Shown here: positions 1 through 14,498 of the stretch, piece by piece
Numbering within the stretch: position 1 is the stretch's first letter
Layout of the letters: each line of letters opens with the position of its first letter
Origin: the human T2T-CHM13v2.0 reference genome, Homo sapiens
Direction: 5' to 3' (one strand)
Assembly: GCF_009914755.1 (NCBI RefSeq)
Contig: NC_060928.1
DNA length: 64,000 nucleotides
Notes under the pieces: model-generated
The model's input: only the letters and a program-made list of their open reading frames with translations
Databases searched by the model: none
What the model was told of the DNA's origin: nothing
Program-made: the position numbers and the translations under genes

Positions 1-79
1 TCCAGCCCGGGCGACAGAGTGAGACTCCATCTCAGAAACAAAAACAAAAAAAAAAAAAGAAAAAAAAAAGAAAAAGAAA
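1..79 (+). mobile_element. Alu 3' end and A-rich tail (cut by window edge)
   Basis: tccagcccgggcgacagagtgagactccatctc followed by an A tail. Confidence 0.9.
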
Positions 80-3000
80 CACTATTATAATAAAAAGGAA
101 AACAAATATTTTTAATAAGTAGTTGTGTCTAAAGACATCCAGATACCTAGCTGACTTTATCATCTTGCTAAAAAAGTGGATACTTAAATAAACAGCTTGC
201 TTGTTTGTTCCACTTCTTAGTAGCCTAAAACAGGGTTTTGAATAAATATAATGTCTGGTATGCTACACTTCTCCAAAACTCTCCCATGTGATAATGAAGG
301 ATTTTTACCTTAAAATAATCATTTAGAAAACATACAATATGCTTCTTAAGGAGAAAAACAAACTATTAGAAGTTAAAGCTAATGAAGCATAATACAAAAA
401 AAAAATCACAAACATACAAATTCTAGCATAAGTTGTTTGGAAAGCCATTCCTCAGAAAAATTACCTAAAAATGCTTTAGAAAGAAGTTTTCTACATATCA
501 GGAATAGCAGTGGCATGGTATAATATTCAGATCCCATCTAAATATCAAGTAATATTTTAATTTGAATTTAGCCAAAGTCATTTTTTTCTTTAACATAAAT
601 GTACAGTTATGAGACTGAGAAAATCGATAGTTCCCAGGCTCTAGCAATTAAAAATTAACCAAATTAGAAACAGTAAGTCTATCTGCAAAACAGCTAACTT
701 AGAAATAAATCCATCTGATGCTCCTTCAGGAAAATTAGAAAACAGATGAAACACCAAAGCTGACCTTAATCCAAACATGCTAAATTAATAATTTAGCCTC
801 AGTTTGCACTGTGAGTATTAAAACTTGGGCTGATATTTTAAAAGATGGTCAATTCCAGGATTTTCATGGAGCATTAAATGAGAAAACGAAAAGAGAGGAA
901 GATCAGTGCACCTGCTAGAAGACAGGTGTTAGGTAAGCAAGGACCAAGTTTCAGATGCCAGGTGAGTTATTTAGAGCCCAATGAACAAAACTGGTCTATA
1001 GCCCCTGAAGCACACATCCTCAGATTTTGATAAAGCACATTAAACACAGGTTCTACATATGCAAGTTATATGTATAATCCAGGAATTTGTAAAGAAGGAG
1101 TTCAAGGATAGAAGTCTGATGAAATGGGATAAGGATGGGATCTGATCCTGCTCATAGGACCATGAAAGTGGTGTAGGGGAGGTGGGAGCTGGTAGAGATG
1201 AGGAGAAACAGCAAAAGGAGATGCAGAACCCGAGTCTTAGTGGAAACCAAACACTGAAATCCAAACTCAGGCTTGCAGACACTGAAAACTCAGGCAAACA
1301 GAAGTAGAGCAGCAACAGATCCTAGACAGATCTGACTGGAGGCCAGGTAAAAGAATGCAGACAATAAAAGGTTGAACATGGCACAGAAGAACACCACCAC
1401 CAAGTTGTTTTGATGCTCAGCTGAGCAACTGAGGTAGGGGCCCTGTTGTTTGGGATTGCAGCCTAGACTATAAGAGAGAACAGGGTATGAACATCCTGGC
1501 CAAGAACATTCTCCACCTTAAGTGTGCAGGTCATGTCTATTCTGCTGTAGTCTTACTAAGGGTTTGGCATAACCTATTTTTCCTTTTCATTTCCCTAATC
1601 ATTTCAACTGGGCTGGTAATCCCTAATAAGCGTCTGGGGAACAATGACACCTACTGTTTGAGCTCCTATAACTGCAATTAACTTGCTACATGGAATGGTG
1701 GCAGGTGTAGATTGATAGCTACTGTTTCCTTCCTTTGCAAAAAATGACAAATGGCTCTGTGGTGAGTTAAGTTGGAGAAGTTCTGAAATTAGAGATGACA
1801 GAGTTATCACAGAAGATATTTGATTTAGAATAAAAATATGAGTGTGTGTCTATTTATAACAGCCCTACCATATTACAGAAAGGACTGAAGGTAACTGAAA
1901 TATATGGTAGACTAACATGGGATTCAGGCATGACTGTTCAATGAGAATATCACATTATAGAAACTGAAATTCCATAAAGTGATAACAAGAGCAACATAAT
2001 GACTGAAACGGCCTCTCTGGTTCCCTGTTCCTGCATCCCTTTCTTCTCCCCTAGCCACAGCAAGGTCCTGGGACCTCCACTAGTGTGCACTGTGGCCTCT
2101 TCACACGCTCTCCGTCTGCATCCTCTATCCCAGACACAGACTCTGTCCTGTTGTATACAATCCATCTCTTCTCCACTCCAGTAGCAGGATTCCCATGTGA
2201 TCTCCTATACCCGAGGGCCGCTATGGGTCATCTACCCTCCTTCCTTTGAGACTGGAGGCCTGCTCTGCTCTCATCTTCTGTCTGTTCTGATCTGCACTCT
2301 CTGAAGACTGTCCACTCACAGACTTGTAGCCACTGAGTTTTGCTGTTCCACCTCTTTATGCTGGACCTTTCAGAATTAACCACCAAACTGAATATGCCAT
2401 TGCTGACCAGCTTTCCCAGCCCTATCCGCTCCATGGCTGCTTGTGGCTGGATCTACTTCCGGTGAGTAACCCTCTCAGCAGACGTGTCTTATGTCTTGAT
2501 TGGGCCTACTTTTGAAATTCTAATTTCAGGCTAAATAATTACTATTTTTGCATTTGTGAAATAGTTCTGCTTAGTTTAAATCTCCATCATATGAAAAGAA
2601 TGCCTGCTGGTAACTTCTCCTTTTTCTACCATAAATGTGGGCCAGTATGCATATTCATTCTCTTTTTCCCCCTAATTTTATCATATTTAATTTTTATGAC
2701 TCAACATTGAAAATATCAAGTAGCTTCTATTAAGAGTTCAGTAAATATATTATTGATTTTCTTTTACTGTATTTTCTTGTACTTTCATTCTGCAAGTACA
2801 GGACATTCAGAGAAATAAGTTCTCATTCGTTGGCATGAACCAGTGCTAAAGTCTCCTATACTATGTAAAACTAAATTTCCATTAATATATAATAAACATT
2901 TGTTGATATTACTGTGTATATTTATATAATGAATATCAGACTCACTACGTGCTCAGCAGCATCCTGATGTGTTCACAGGAATTGCATAGTTGAGATACCC

Positions 3001-3326
3001 TATGAACCAGAGTATGCTGATTTGGTTGGCAGGAAACCAGGATGAAAAAATGGACCACGTTGTCTCATACTGAAACCTCAAATGTTCCCTCTCTTGCCAT
3101 AAAGTGATTATGCAATATGCTGCAAGTCACTAAAGAGTAAACACTATTAAAAAGCAGTTACTTGGCTAAGCCTGAAGTCCTATGACACATTTCTGAAGTA
3201 CTAGTGGTTGAATTATAGCCTAAATCCATTCTGGGACTATTTCAACAAGTCAGATTAAAAAATAAATAAATAAACAAATTCTGTATTGCATCCCCTGACA
3301 TTTCTTTTAAAAAGCAGTAGACTTCA

Positions 3327-3638
3327 GGCCAGGCGTGGTGGCTCATGCCTGTAATCCCAGCACTTAGGGAGGCTGAGGCGGGTGGATCACGAGGTCAGGA
3401 GTTCAAGACCAGCCTGGCCAAGATGGTGAAACCCTGTTCTACTAAAAATACAAAAATTAGCCGGGCGTGGTGGTGGGTGCCTGTAATCCCAGCTACTCGG
3501 GAGGCTGAGGCAGAGAATTGCTTAAACCCGGGAGGCGGAGGTTGCAGTGAGTCGAGACCATGCCACTGCAATCCAGCCTGGGCAACAGAGTGAGATTCCG
3601 TCAAAAATAAATAAATAAATAAAATAAAATAAATAAAA
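3327..3638 (+). mobile_element. AluS (Sg-like), full length
   Basis: Full dimer with (TAAA)n tail; TSD aaaagcagta(g/t)acttca on both sides. Confidence 0.93.
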
Positions 3639-4364
3639 AGCAGTATACTTCAGGAAATATTTTAAACAACAAACATCAGCATTATTCTACATGTGTATAT
3701 ACTTTTCAAATATATTTTCTAAGCCTTTGAAGTGGGTAGGTAGTAAGAAAAGACATGCAATAAGGAAGACTTGATTCTAGGCTGTATCTCAGATGACTCA
3801 CTGGAAAACCCTATCAGTACAGCATTCAATCACCAGAGAGAGGTGATCTTGAATTCTGTTAATTTACCTGCTTTAACATTGTTACTCTGGGTTTGTAAGT
3901 TTTAGAAAATCATCTTAAACCCTATAAACTTGCTGAATATTTAGTTTCCTTCTCCGCTATGACATAGAAAATGATGTAACACAACCCAAGGCTTTATCTG
4001 TGAATGGGTCTTGTACCCATTTGCCCCCACTAACCTATGCATATGTATATGTATAAAATAGAGATATTTTTAACTTTGCTTACAGCCTAATCATCAGGCA
4101 GTTTTTAAATTAAAATGATCACCTTGGCACTTTTGAATTTAAAACAAAATGTCTTATTTTAGTTGTTTCAACTATATCAGACATTTAAAAAAAAAATTTC
4201 TTGAACCAAAGGGGAAAATACAGTAAGGTGAAGAGCTCCAGCAAGTTAGTCTGGCCACAGTAATGAATGTTCTATAGAAAGAGATTAAAATGAGCAAATA
4301 AACCCAAAGAAGCCTTAACCCTCCTTTATTCCCTGTAGTAGACCAACAAAAATCAAATAAATAC

Positions 4365-4406
4365 CTCAAATAGAAAGGTGACAGAGGTCTTTCATCTTCC
4401 TGTGAA
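4365..4406 (-). CDS. FAM13A: FAM13A shared 42-nt coding exon, phase 2-2
   Basis: tattttccttttag|T TCA CAG GAA GAT GAA AGA CCT CTG TCA CCT TTC TAT TTG AG|gtattt = (S)SQEDERPLSPFYL(S); in frame with both upstream donors. Confidence 0.95.
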
Positions 4407-5026
4407 CTAAAAGGAAAATAAATTTTGAATTAATATAATGTCTGTTAATATGACATGTCAATTTTACTAAAAATGTTCTACCTGTCAAAAATGTTGATTT
4501 AGCACATTAAAGCCAATCACATGATGGAATAAGGTTAGTAAAACATGATCCACCTCGGACCTAGCCAAGGTCAATTACTTCTTGTCAGGATACCATCAAG
4601 TGAGGCTTCTTTCAAGATCAGCTAAGACAGAAGTAATTCACATCACACTTTCAAGAGGAAGCTTTTTACTGCCTTATTCTAGAGGCCCAATTCAAGTATT
4701 CGTATATTACACATAAACCCTTAAAATGATTACATACTAATTTATCTCAACAAAGCTGACTGCAGCTCATTAACATGATGATGAAAATAAGAAACAACCA
4801 ACAAAACATTCCTGTTAAGAACGAGCCACTTCAGGAATGATTCCCTAGCAATGCAGAGCACATCAGTAAACAGCACCATACTCACGGGCTCTTTGTCCTT
4901 CTGTAGTTACTCTACTAAGTATTAACTAGTGTGTATAACATGAAAGGACACAAATGAAATCATTAAAAAGTTTAAGTTCCTCAAACAACACAGACAAAAT
5001 ATGAAGCTTAATACATTGAAAGTTAA

Positions 5027-5344
<318 letters not shown>

Positions 5345-8300
5345 TAACATATATGCTATATTTTCTTTTCCTTTCTTTAGTATGTTTTATTTTTCCTAAT
5401 AAATGATCTCAAAGTATAGAATGAATCCCTCCCCCTTGCGGTCCACTGGAGTGATCTCTGAACTTTTAAAATTATGCACTCATAAAACTTGCTTTTCAGT
5501 GGCCACTCCCCTCAAATATATAACTGATTAAATATATAACTATATTATGTACATCATTAAACAGATAAAAGTAGAAAGATAAAGTATTAAATAAAATGAA
5601 AAAGAAAGTCTAATATTTTCTTTTGTACCCCTAGGATTCCTCTTGGATATCACCTGGGGTGTACACCACCTTACCGCATCTGGGAAAGCAACTAATTACC
5701 TGCAGCATTCTCTTTCTCTCTCTTTTTGCTTATTTTTAATTTTCTTAAGCATCATTCATGAAAAGAGAAAAGTCTGCTTCGACTGATAGTATTAAACTTG
5801 CAGTCAATAAACTCTTATTACAGAGTTATACTGTAAAACACACACAAGCAAACAAAATCCTGTCCTGGAAGTTGAATAGGTCTTAACATTTTAGAAGGAA
5901 TATGGAACATAAAATGTGACACACTGTTTTTCATTCTCTCATGATTTGGGTTTCCAATTTCAACACTGATCAGCTGTTCTAATGCCCATGTTGCCAAATA
6001 CCTTAATGTTTATAACTAATGGTGTTAACTCTTCCCAGGTGAGGGGTAAGTGATGGGCTGTAATGTGGATGGGCTGAGGGCAAAGCTTGTAGAATTAGGT
6101 TGCAGGGTTGAAGAGTAAGAGGGGACAACACCTGGGAAATGTCCAGGTGTCCAGGAAGAAACCACCTGAAACAGCGCTATTATAGGAGGTGACTACTTTT
6201 AAGTCAACCTGACAGAAGTCGCTTACACATTTGACTTCCAAATACTCCTAGAAAACACTAAACAAAACAATTTTAGAAATGTTAGAACTGGGTTTCCTGA
6301 TCAAGAAATTGATCATTATGCCAAAGAAACACCATGCCAAACAAACAAAAAAACCTGCCACTAAAAACCTATAATGATTTTGTTATTCTAGGAAAGGCCT
6401 CCATATTTTGTAAAATTAGTACTACATACTTTCTTTGCCCAGAACAGATCCTTTACTCTAACATGTAGCAAACTGAAGGAAAATTAACATGGTTACTGTA
6501 ACATTCTTTGATGTGCATTCAATTAGCAATATGCTTGATTTTCTTAAGTGCTTTTGAGAGATGATTTAAATGGTTCAGGGCTCTGAACACAGCTGTTTAT
6601 GTGTCTTAGCTATTTGTGTGTGTCTGTGTGCTAAATTTCTCTGCAGCAAACAGAAGCAATACTTTTTTCCTTTCATCTCCCTCACAAATTTCATATCAAT
6701 TATGACTGCGGGCCAGATCCTACCACAGGTCCTACATTAATTATCTCAATTAGATACTCACAAAACTTCCCTGGTTCTGGCTTCTTGCTCCTTAATTCTG
6801 GTGAGAAAAGCAGTCTCAGAGTGAGTACATAACTCATTCAGATGATGCAGCTAGTGATGTGTAAATTACTGTATTACATGTTAGTTCATTTTTCTTACTT
6901 ATTGTTTTCCCTTGATTTTTAACTTACTAAAGTACAGCGAGATGACTAGGTTAGTGAAGAAAATGCATTCGATGGCCAGTCTGCATTCCAGCAGCCACAA
7001 CAAGATCTCGTGGACTTGATAAGCTCCTTGTCATGCTTCTGATTATGGCAACTCTACATCACCTTAGTCAAAGTCCATCCGTAATGCATTATGCCTGACA
7101 GCACTTATAAGGTGATTAATTTATTAAAATATACTGGCACGATGTCAAGAATGTCTCTTGATAGAAACACAAGATTTTAATCATAAGCAAATATTTTATC
7201 TGGCCTGCATTTGCACAAAGTAAATTCATCAATGAAAGACAAAATAAGAAATTCTTAATTTGGCTATGCCCCTGAATTTTGACCAGTTTTTGTTCTAAAA
7301 AAGAAAATGTAAGCACTGAAATTTAAGTAAAATAAAGCAGAGTCAGTATTACATTTAGTCAACAATCAGCAGTTAACAGTGGAGCAATCCATGCACAGTC
7401 CCTGAGAAAAACAATATAATTTGGAAAGAAAATGAGGGCAAATAAATCAATTTTTATTTTAAAAGCTTATTTCTCTTTTCCCTTTCATAAAAGTACCCTT
7501 TTCTGGGATTTAGTAATACAATCTAAACAAAGGCATAAATTTTGAGACAACTAAATCATTGATTTCAAATTGATTAAGCCAACTAATTTTAGAAATAAAT
7601 TTAATGCATTGACTTCGAAGGTAATTTTAAGGAAAAATGGCCACGGACAATTCTTCCAAATAAAATCAACAAAATAAACTTTTCCACAAAATGCACAAAC
7701 CAGAATGCACATTTGAAAAAATTACCATTTTTATACAGCTGTACAAAGATATTGTACTATTACTACAGGCTCCAAAACATCTTTAACAAAGATCATTTAC
7801 ACCTATTTCTGTTTTCGTGTCAATCTGTCATGTTCAATGATACTAAAGGATTTTGCCTAAACTCTAACTTGAGCATAATTTGTCATAATTTTTTCCTAAA
7901 GATGAAATTGAGAATTAATTCTGATTCACTTTTAATTTTTAAAAATAAGCACATGTTCTGTGAATGAAGAAGGAAGTGTGTGTCATGAAATTAAACCAAT
8001 GACAAATTGAAACAACTTAGAATTCATTCGATTTCCTCCTTGGTTACCAGTAAAAACTCCGTGTTTTAATTATTTCCTATTTGCTGACTCTCAATAATGA
8101 CCAAGCTTAAGCAGCCAATTATAAGTAGTTTACTTAAAAAAAAAAATCAAACATACATTGAGAGATTTGGGCAATCACCTCATTTATGTGATTATGCTTA
8201 ATGTTCTCAGATACATGGTACTATATTCTCAAAATAACTGCTTGTAGGAAGAACATTTATCATATAGACCTAAATAATAGTCTAAATCTAAGAAGCTACA

Positions 8301-9635
8301 ACTAAGAATGCCAATAACTTAGATATTTTTATCTACGTTTTAGCAGAGTCCTGTCTAACTTATTTTTTATACAGCTTGACATTGGTTAATGCACATAAAT
8401 AAATGACACCTAGACTGATAATCTCTTCATGAGTTACCCTAATTTCTAAACTGAAGCCACAGAATGCAGTGCAATGCCTATCAGTTTAATTATACAGCAA
8501 GCTAAAGGAAATCATGAAAGGCATAGTGTTGTATATGTCTAAGAAAAACCAAATAATGTTGGGAGAATTCCCAGGGCAAGTACCCAGAATGGATCTTCAA
8601 TTACTCGATCAAACCACCATTCCATTCCATTCCCTTTTTAACTCTCCAATTACTTCAACTTTCTAATTGGTTAATGTGGCTGGCTACCAGAAAATTAACA
8701 TAATTTGCATATTTAGCCACACACTTTAAATATATTTCTAAGTGGTTTGAGACAGAAGAAATAGTTTGTAAGTGTTCCTTGAATACTGAAAAGTACAGAA
8801 AAACAAGTAAATGCTAAGAATTCGGTCCCATTCATTGAAGAAACTAGAAAAACCATCCATGAGGCTTAAAAAACAAAACAAGGAGCAAAAGAGAAAGTGA
8901 GGGACAAGTATAAAGAAACAAAAGAAAAGTATAAAGTAAACATTTTTTCAGGAACTCAGGCATTTTCCACATGTGCTACAAATGTAAGGGGAGGAATTTT
9001 CTTAGAGAATAAGTGAAGTTAGCACATTTTCCTTTCCTTCCTTGTTCTCAAAACATAAAGTGCAACACATGTACTTGAGCATTTTCAATTTATCCACAGT
9101 CTCAGTCGTTAACCATGCCCCTTGCCAACTGGGGAGGTACGTGGCAGCCACTGTTCTGTTGCTTAGGTTTTTGGTTTGGTCCCAATCAAGAACATTAAAA
9201 AAAAAAAAGTCCCGGTGGGCTTTTTTTTTTTTTTCTGGAAAACAAATGTAAGAGTTTTCGGATCAGTTCATAACTGTTTGCAGCTGTAATTTGTTGCGGG
9301 TGGGGGATATTTTACAATTCTTTTTTGTAAACCCAGGCAGCTTTGTTTATAGTTTTATTATTTGCACTTTGTGCCTAAGAACACAACTCTTAGCCAGTAG
9401 AAATACAAATTATTGCAGTTCAAGGGCAAATAGATTTTCCAGACCAAAGGTTAAATGCAAAGAGCTGAAGTTGTTAGTACTCACAGAACAGAAATTTTTA
9501 GCTAACAGTAAGAGGTATTATTCTGAAGGCAAAACAAATAGACAAAAAGACTTCCAAAGATTTAGATTTTATTCCAATATGATAGAAAAATATTTCTACC
9601 AATTTTTGTCTGTTTAGTGGAAATTTGAAATATAC

Positions 9636-9918
9636 TGTTATCAGCTGAATTATGTCACCCCAAAAATATACACTGAAACCATAATCCCTCATACTTTAGA
9701 AAGTTATCTTATTTAGAAACAGGGTCTTGACAGAGATGATCAAATTAAAATAAAGTCATTAAGATGGGCCTGAATCTAATATGACTAATGTCCTTATAAA
9801 AAGGGGAAATTTGGACACAGAGACAGATATGCACCCAGGCAGAATATCATGTGAAGATTGGAGTTATGCTGCCCCAAGCAACGGAACTATTTGAAGCTAG
9901 GGAAGAGGCCTGGAACAT
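9636..9918 (+). mobile_element. MLT1B-like ERVL-MaLR LTR, 3' truncated
   Basis: tgttatcagctgaattatgtc...ccttataaaaaggggaaatttggacacagagac...gaagctagggaagaggcctggaaca resembles the MLT1B consensus. Confidence 0.8.
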
Positions 9919-11177
9919 ATCAAATTCAGATAGAAAAACATGCCTCACAAAGGTGCTTCAATCTTACTTACACAAAGGTTATGCTCTGAAAGTTCATTTA
10001 CAGGAATGCTAAGACTATAATCAATTTCCCATACTGACATGGGGATTTGGTTTCCAGGCCTGTATTCAAAAGTCTATCTAACCTCTCATTCAAGTGAACT
10101 ATCCTCATAGGCAGTCGAGATACAATATTTTTTTAAAGTTTTAATGATGATTCAGTTAGAAACACATTTTATATCACGACAGTATACATACATATAAATC
10201 AGATATAAATTTCACAAAAATTATTCTTAGTTTGCTGGGATATTTTCTATTTCGTTATTAATATTGGTCACATCCTGCTAAATTGGCTTTATGACCACTA
10301 ATAGGTCATGACCCACAGAATTAAAAAATACTGTTCTAGAACACTATGCTAAATACACATCTCCCTTGCTTGCTATATAATGCACACTGAATGAATGCTG
10401 ATGAATTAAGATCTATGTTCTCACAAGACAAAGGGAAAAAACTATTTCTTTCTCTGTCCTACTGCCAAAATCAGCTCTGGACCAAAGAAGTACAGATTTT
10501 GCTGAGTGTAGATGGTAAAGAAAAGCAGAGAGAAAATGGGTCTGGATATGCCCAGTAGTGGGCATGATGACGTAGTTGTGGAAGGCCAGGAGGAGCTGAC
10601 AGAATATCTCCAAATCTCTCTTAAATAGTCTTTCCCTAGTTACACCACAGGACGGTGTCAAGAATGAGACTCAGAGAGACAGTGAAGGACATCATTTTGC
10701 ATAGGACATGGCCTCCATGGCTCTTCCTTATTTGTACGACTGTGGCATTCTTTATCACCTATTCTGTCTTCTAGAATCAAAGAAATATTATACTTACAGA
10801 AAACTAAGGATCATCTCATTCCATTTCAATCCTACCTACTCAGCTAGTGCCAGCTCTGAATGCCCTTCTGATTAACAGCTTGCAATGTCTAAGAAATTGC
10901 ATGGAGGTAGGGGTATGTGCATGTGGGGGGAAAAGGAACAGAGTTCTTAAGTGGGGGGTGGGAAGAGGAGTTGCTTTACCTTCCATTTGTTTTGCATCTC
11001 TTTCTACAGCTAGAAGGTGAAAAGTGAACCATGACTGCCTGCTGATTGACTGACAGTGCACTTCTCAGGGAATCCTGGCTGAGACATGTGTAGAAGTCAC
11101 AGAATAGAATCTTATTCTTGTTATAGTATTTACATTGTGTTTATAAGCCAACTGTTTTCCTTAACGACTTTTATCCC

Positions 11178-11575
11178 TGCTATAGTTTAAATGTGTCTCC
11201 CAAAGTTTATGTGTTAGAAACTTGATTCCCAATGAAACAGTGTTGAGAGGTGGAACCTTTAAGAGGTGATTACTTAATAAGGGCTCTGCCCTCAAGAATG
11301 GATTAATGCTGTTATTGTGGGAGTGGGTTGGTTAGTATGGGAGTAGGTTCCTGGTAAAAGGATGAGTTTGACACTCTCCCCCCTGCTCATTGAGTTCACT
11401 GTGTTGCCCTTCTGCCTTCTGCCACAGGATGACAGAGCTAGAAGGCCCTTGTCAGATATGAGACCTTTGAGCTTGGACTTCCCAGCCTCCAGAACTGTAA
11501 GAAATAAGTCTCTGTTCATTATAAATTATCCAGCCCATGGTATTCTGTTTTAGTGGCACAAAATGGACTAAGACA
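11178..11575 (+). mobile_element. MST-family (MSTB-like) solo LTR
   Basis: TG...CA termini (tgctatagttt...ggactaagaca), 5-bp TSD atccc/atctc, MaLR core ttggacttcccagcctccagaactgtaagaaataa. Confidence 0.85.
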
Positions 11576-11579
11576 ATCT

Positions 11580-12175
11580 CTTACCTCCATATTTGATCAA
11601 TTACCAAATTGTACGGATTATGTCTCAAAAAAAGGATGTGTCTCTTGAGTCAGATCTCTCCTTTCCATTTCCACTGTATTAGTCTTTCACAGGGGCAATA
11701 CTATTTCCTTGTTTTCCACACTAGTTCGTCCTTAGCCTCTCCTACTTCCCCACTGCATTTGGGATAAAAATCCAAATGCCTAAATCTGGCACATGAAGTC
11801 CCTCCCAATTGCAACCCAACATATCTCTACAAACCTCATTGCACTTTTGCAACTCTTTCCATTTGTACATGTTGTTCTTTCTACCTTAAATCCTTTCTCC
11901 ACCTCTCTCTGCCTGGTAAATACTTCATCTCTCAGTTCAAGTGTCATCTAATCTGGGAAGCCATCTCTAGCACCCTGGAGAGGGAGTTGCTTCTTCCTCC
12001 AGGCTTCAAGACACTTTGTTCATAGCTATAACCGAGTGCTTAGCACATAACACTGAAATTCATGAGCTCAGAGGCTTGTCTCGTTTCCAGATTTGTTGTT
12101 ATCTTTGTAACAACAGCACCTAGCTAGGTACCAAGAACACTGCATGTGCTTAGTAAATGGCTCTTGAATAAAATC
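11580..12175 (+). mobile_element. Degenerate L2 3' fragments
   Basis: Pyrimidine-rich L2-like blocks ending gtgcttagtaaatggctcttgaataaa. Confidence 0.55.
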
Positions 12176-13379
12176 ACTATCATCAAGATTTTGCTGAGTG
12201 CTTGCAGTAGTGTTTGATTAAATATTTTGAAAACATACTGTTTATAATTTGTAAAACTAATTTTGCCTAGGAGCATTCTCTGATATCTGTACATTGATTA
12301 TTTTAAATTTTCTTTTTCCCATCTATTCAAAACTTAATGAATCTTCAGCTGTGCCATGGGTTTTCTCCCATCCTTACTTAAAGAAAATCATTTCTTTTTT
12401 CCAACTGCACAATAAGAGGTGGGAGCTTTGCCATTATGCCCATAATTTTAACACTGTACTCTTTGTGGTATACAGAGAACCCAGAAAATGATATGTTCGG
12501 GCAAGGTAATGTTTGAGTATGGCCTTGCCACACACTATATCTGTTTGTTCTGGCTTGAGAGTAGGGGAAAAAAAATTATTTCACTTCACGCCAAACACAA
12601 AGATTGTTTGAGGTTTGAAGAAATTTTGGGCAGCTGGAAGCTTTCATTTGTCTTTAAGATCTTGTTCAGAAAAGTGATGTTTATCATTATTATAAACATA
12701 AAAACATTGTCTTAGGGAGGCAGTAATTTAGAACGTAAAATACAGTAACGTTCTTTGGGGGGATGAAATTAGTTGATGAGAAAATATCTTTATAACATTA
12801 GTAAATAAAGTATTTTCAAATCTTTAGTCACTGAAACAAAATCAAAACAATATGGGGATACCTGTAGAAGGAAAGAAGGAAAAAGAAAATTGTTTTTGCT
12901 AACTTCTTTCAATTATTACCTTATTGCAAATTTATTAAGGGTTTGTTAACACAGTTTTAACAGACACATAATTTCCCAAACTGTTAACTCTGAATGTGGA
13001 ATTCTTGAGACAAAGATGTGCAGAAGGCATGCAAATTATCCTGTCATCCTCTCCCGAACACCCCTCACCTCAGCCAGAGGAGGACTGTGCACAGAAAAAT
13101 GGGTCAAGGCTTGTTTCTGACATCATCTTGACTTTCCGCTGCTTTTTAGGATGATGAGCAGCAACTGGAAAGTGAATGAAGGTTTGATGTCAACCTACAC
13201 CTAGACTTTGGGCGCTTCCACAACCACGGGCAGGTGCTCATATGAGAACATTTTCTGAGTGTATTAGAATCCATGATCGATACACAGGCTAAGAAAACAC
13301 AATCCCAACTTTCACGGAATTTACAGGCTAGCAGAGAAATGGAAACCTGAAATTTGATTATTATAAAAAAAGGATACAT

Positions 13380-13625
13380 AACTACCATTGATTGAGAGCT
13401 CACCATAAAAAGCCAGGCTTTGTACAAAGCGTTTACGTGCATTATCTCATTCAATCCTCAAAGACATCATGGAGGAAGGAATTACTAACCAGATTTTTCA
13501 GATAAGAAGAACAAGTTTTAGAAAGGTTAATTAACAGGCTGAAGGCCATAGAGGCAGTCAACGGCTGAGGTTCCAATCCAAGTCTGAAGTCAGAGCTCCA
13601 GCCCTTCCACTCTGAAGCACTATGC
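13380..13625 (-). mobile_element. MIR
   Basis: Reverse MIR core: attatctcattcaatcctca...tttttcagataagaa...aggttaattaac. Confidence 0.7.
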
Positions 13626-14197
13626 AGTCTGGCAGATTAGCTGAGGCTCAGTTAGATAAGCCACACAGGGAGTGAATTTTGAGGGTCACGTAGGCATTTT
13701 TTTGGGAGAAAGATAATGCACAGGAGGAGAACTATGAGAGAGACAGAGAGAGAGAGAAGAGAGAATGTGCTTGGAAAGCATGGGAGAATTAATAACTCGG
13801 CAGGTGTGGCAATTGAGGGAGTTCAGCACCAGGGGCGCAGCAGTGACCTGCCAGAAAGCTGACACTGGAGAAACAGGCAGGCTTTTGGGTTTCTATCAAA
13901 TCAAGGAGTTGAAAAAGAGGAAAGTCACTTATAAAAATAAAACACAGGGTATCAATGGTCTACTCAGGCCAGCATTTAGTTTCTAATTTTAGTTTCAAGA
14001 GTTATTTTAACCTAGACAGCAAAATTATTTCTTTTTATAATCATTTTGCTGACTGCAAAATACTGATATCTATTATGTTTTTTTCTAAACGCTTAATTTT
14101 TTTCTCTAGCCTTTCAGTTCCATTCCTTTAATATGATCTGAGTAAAGCAGTTCAATTCTTTATTTTTATTTCTAGTAAGTTCAAGTTTTCTGAAGTC

Positions 14198-14498
<301 letters not shown>

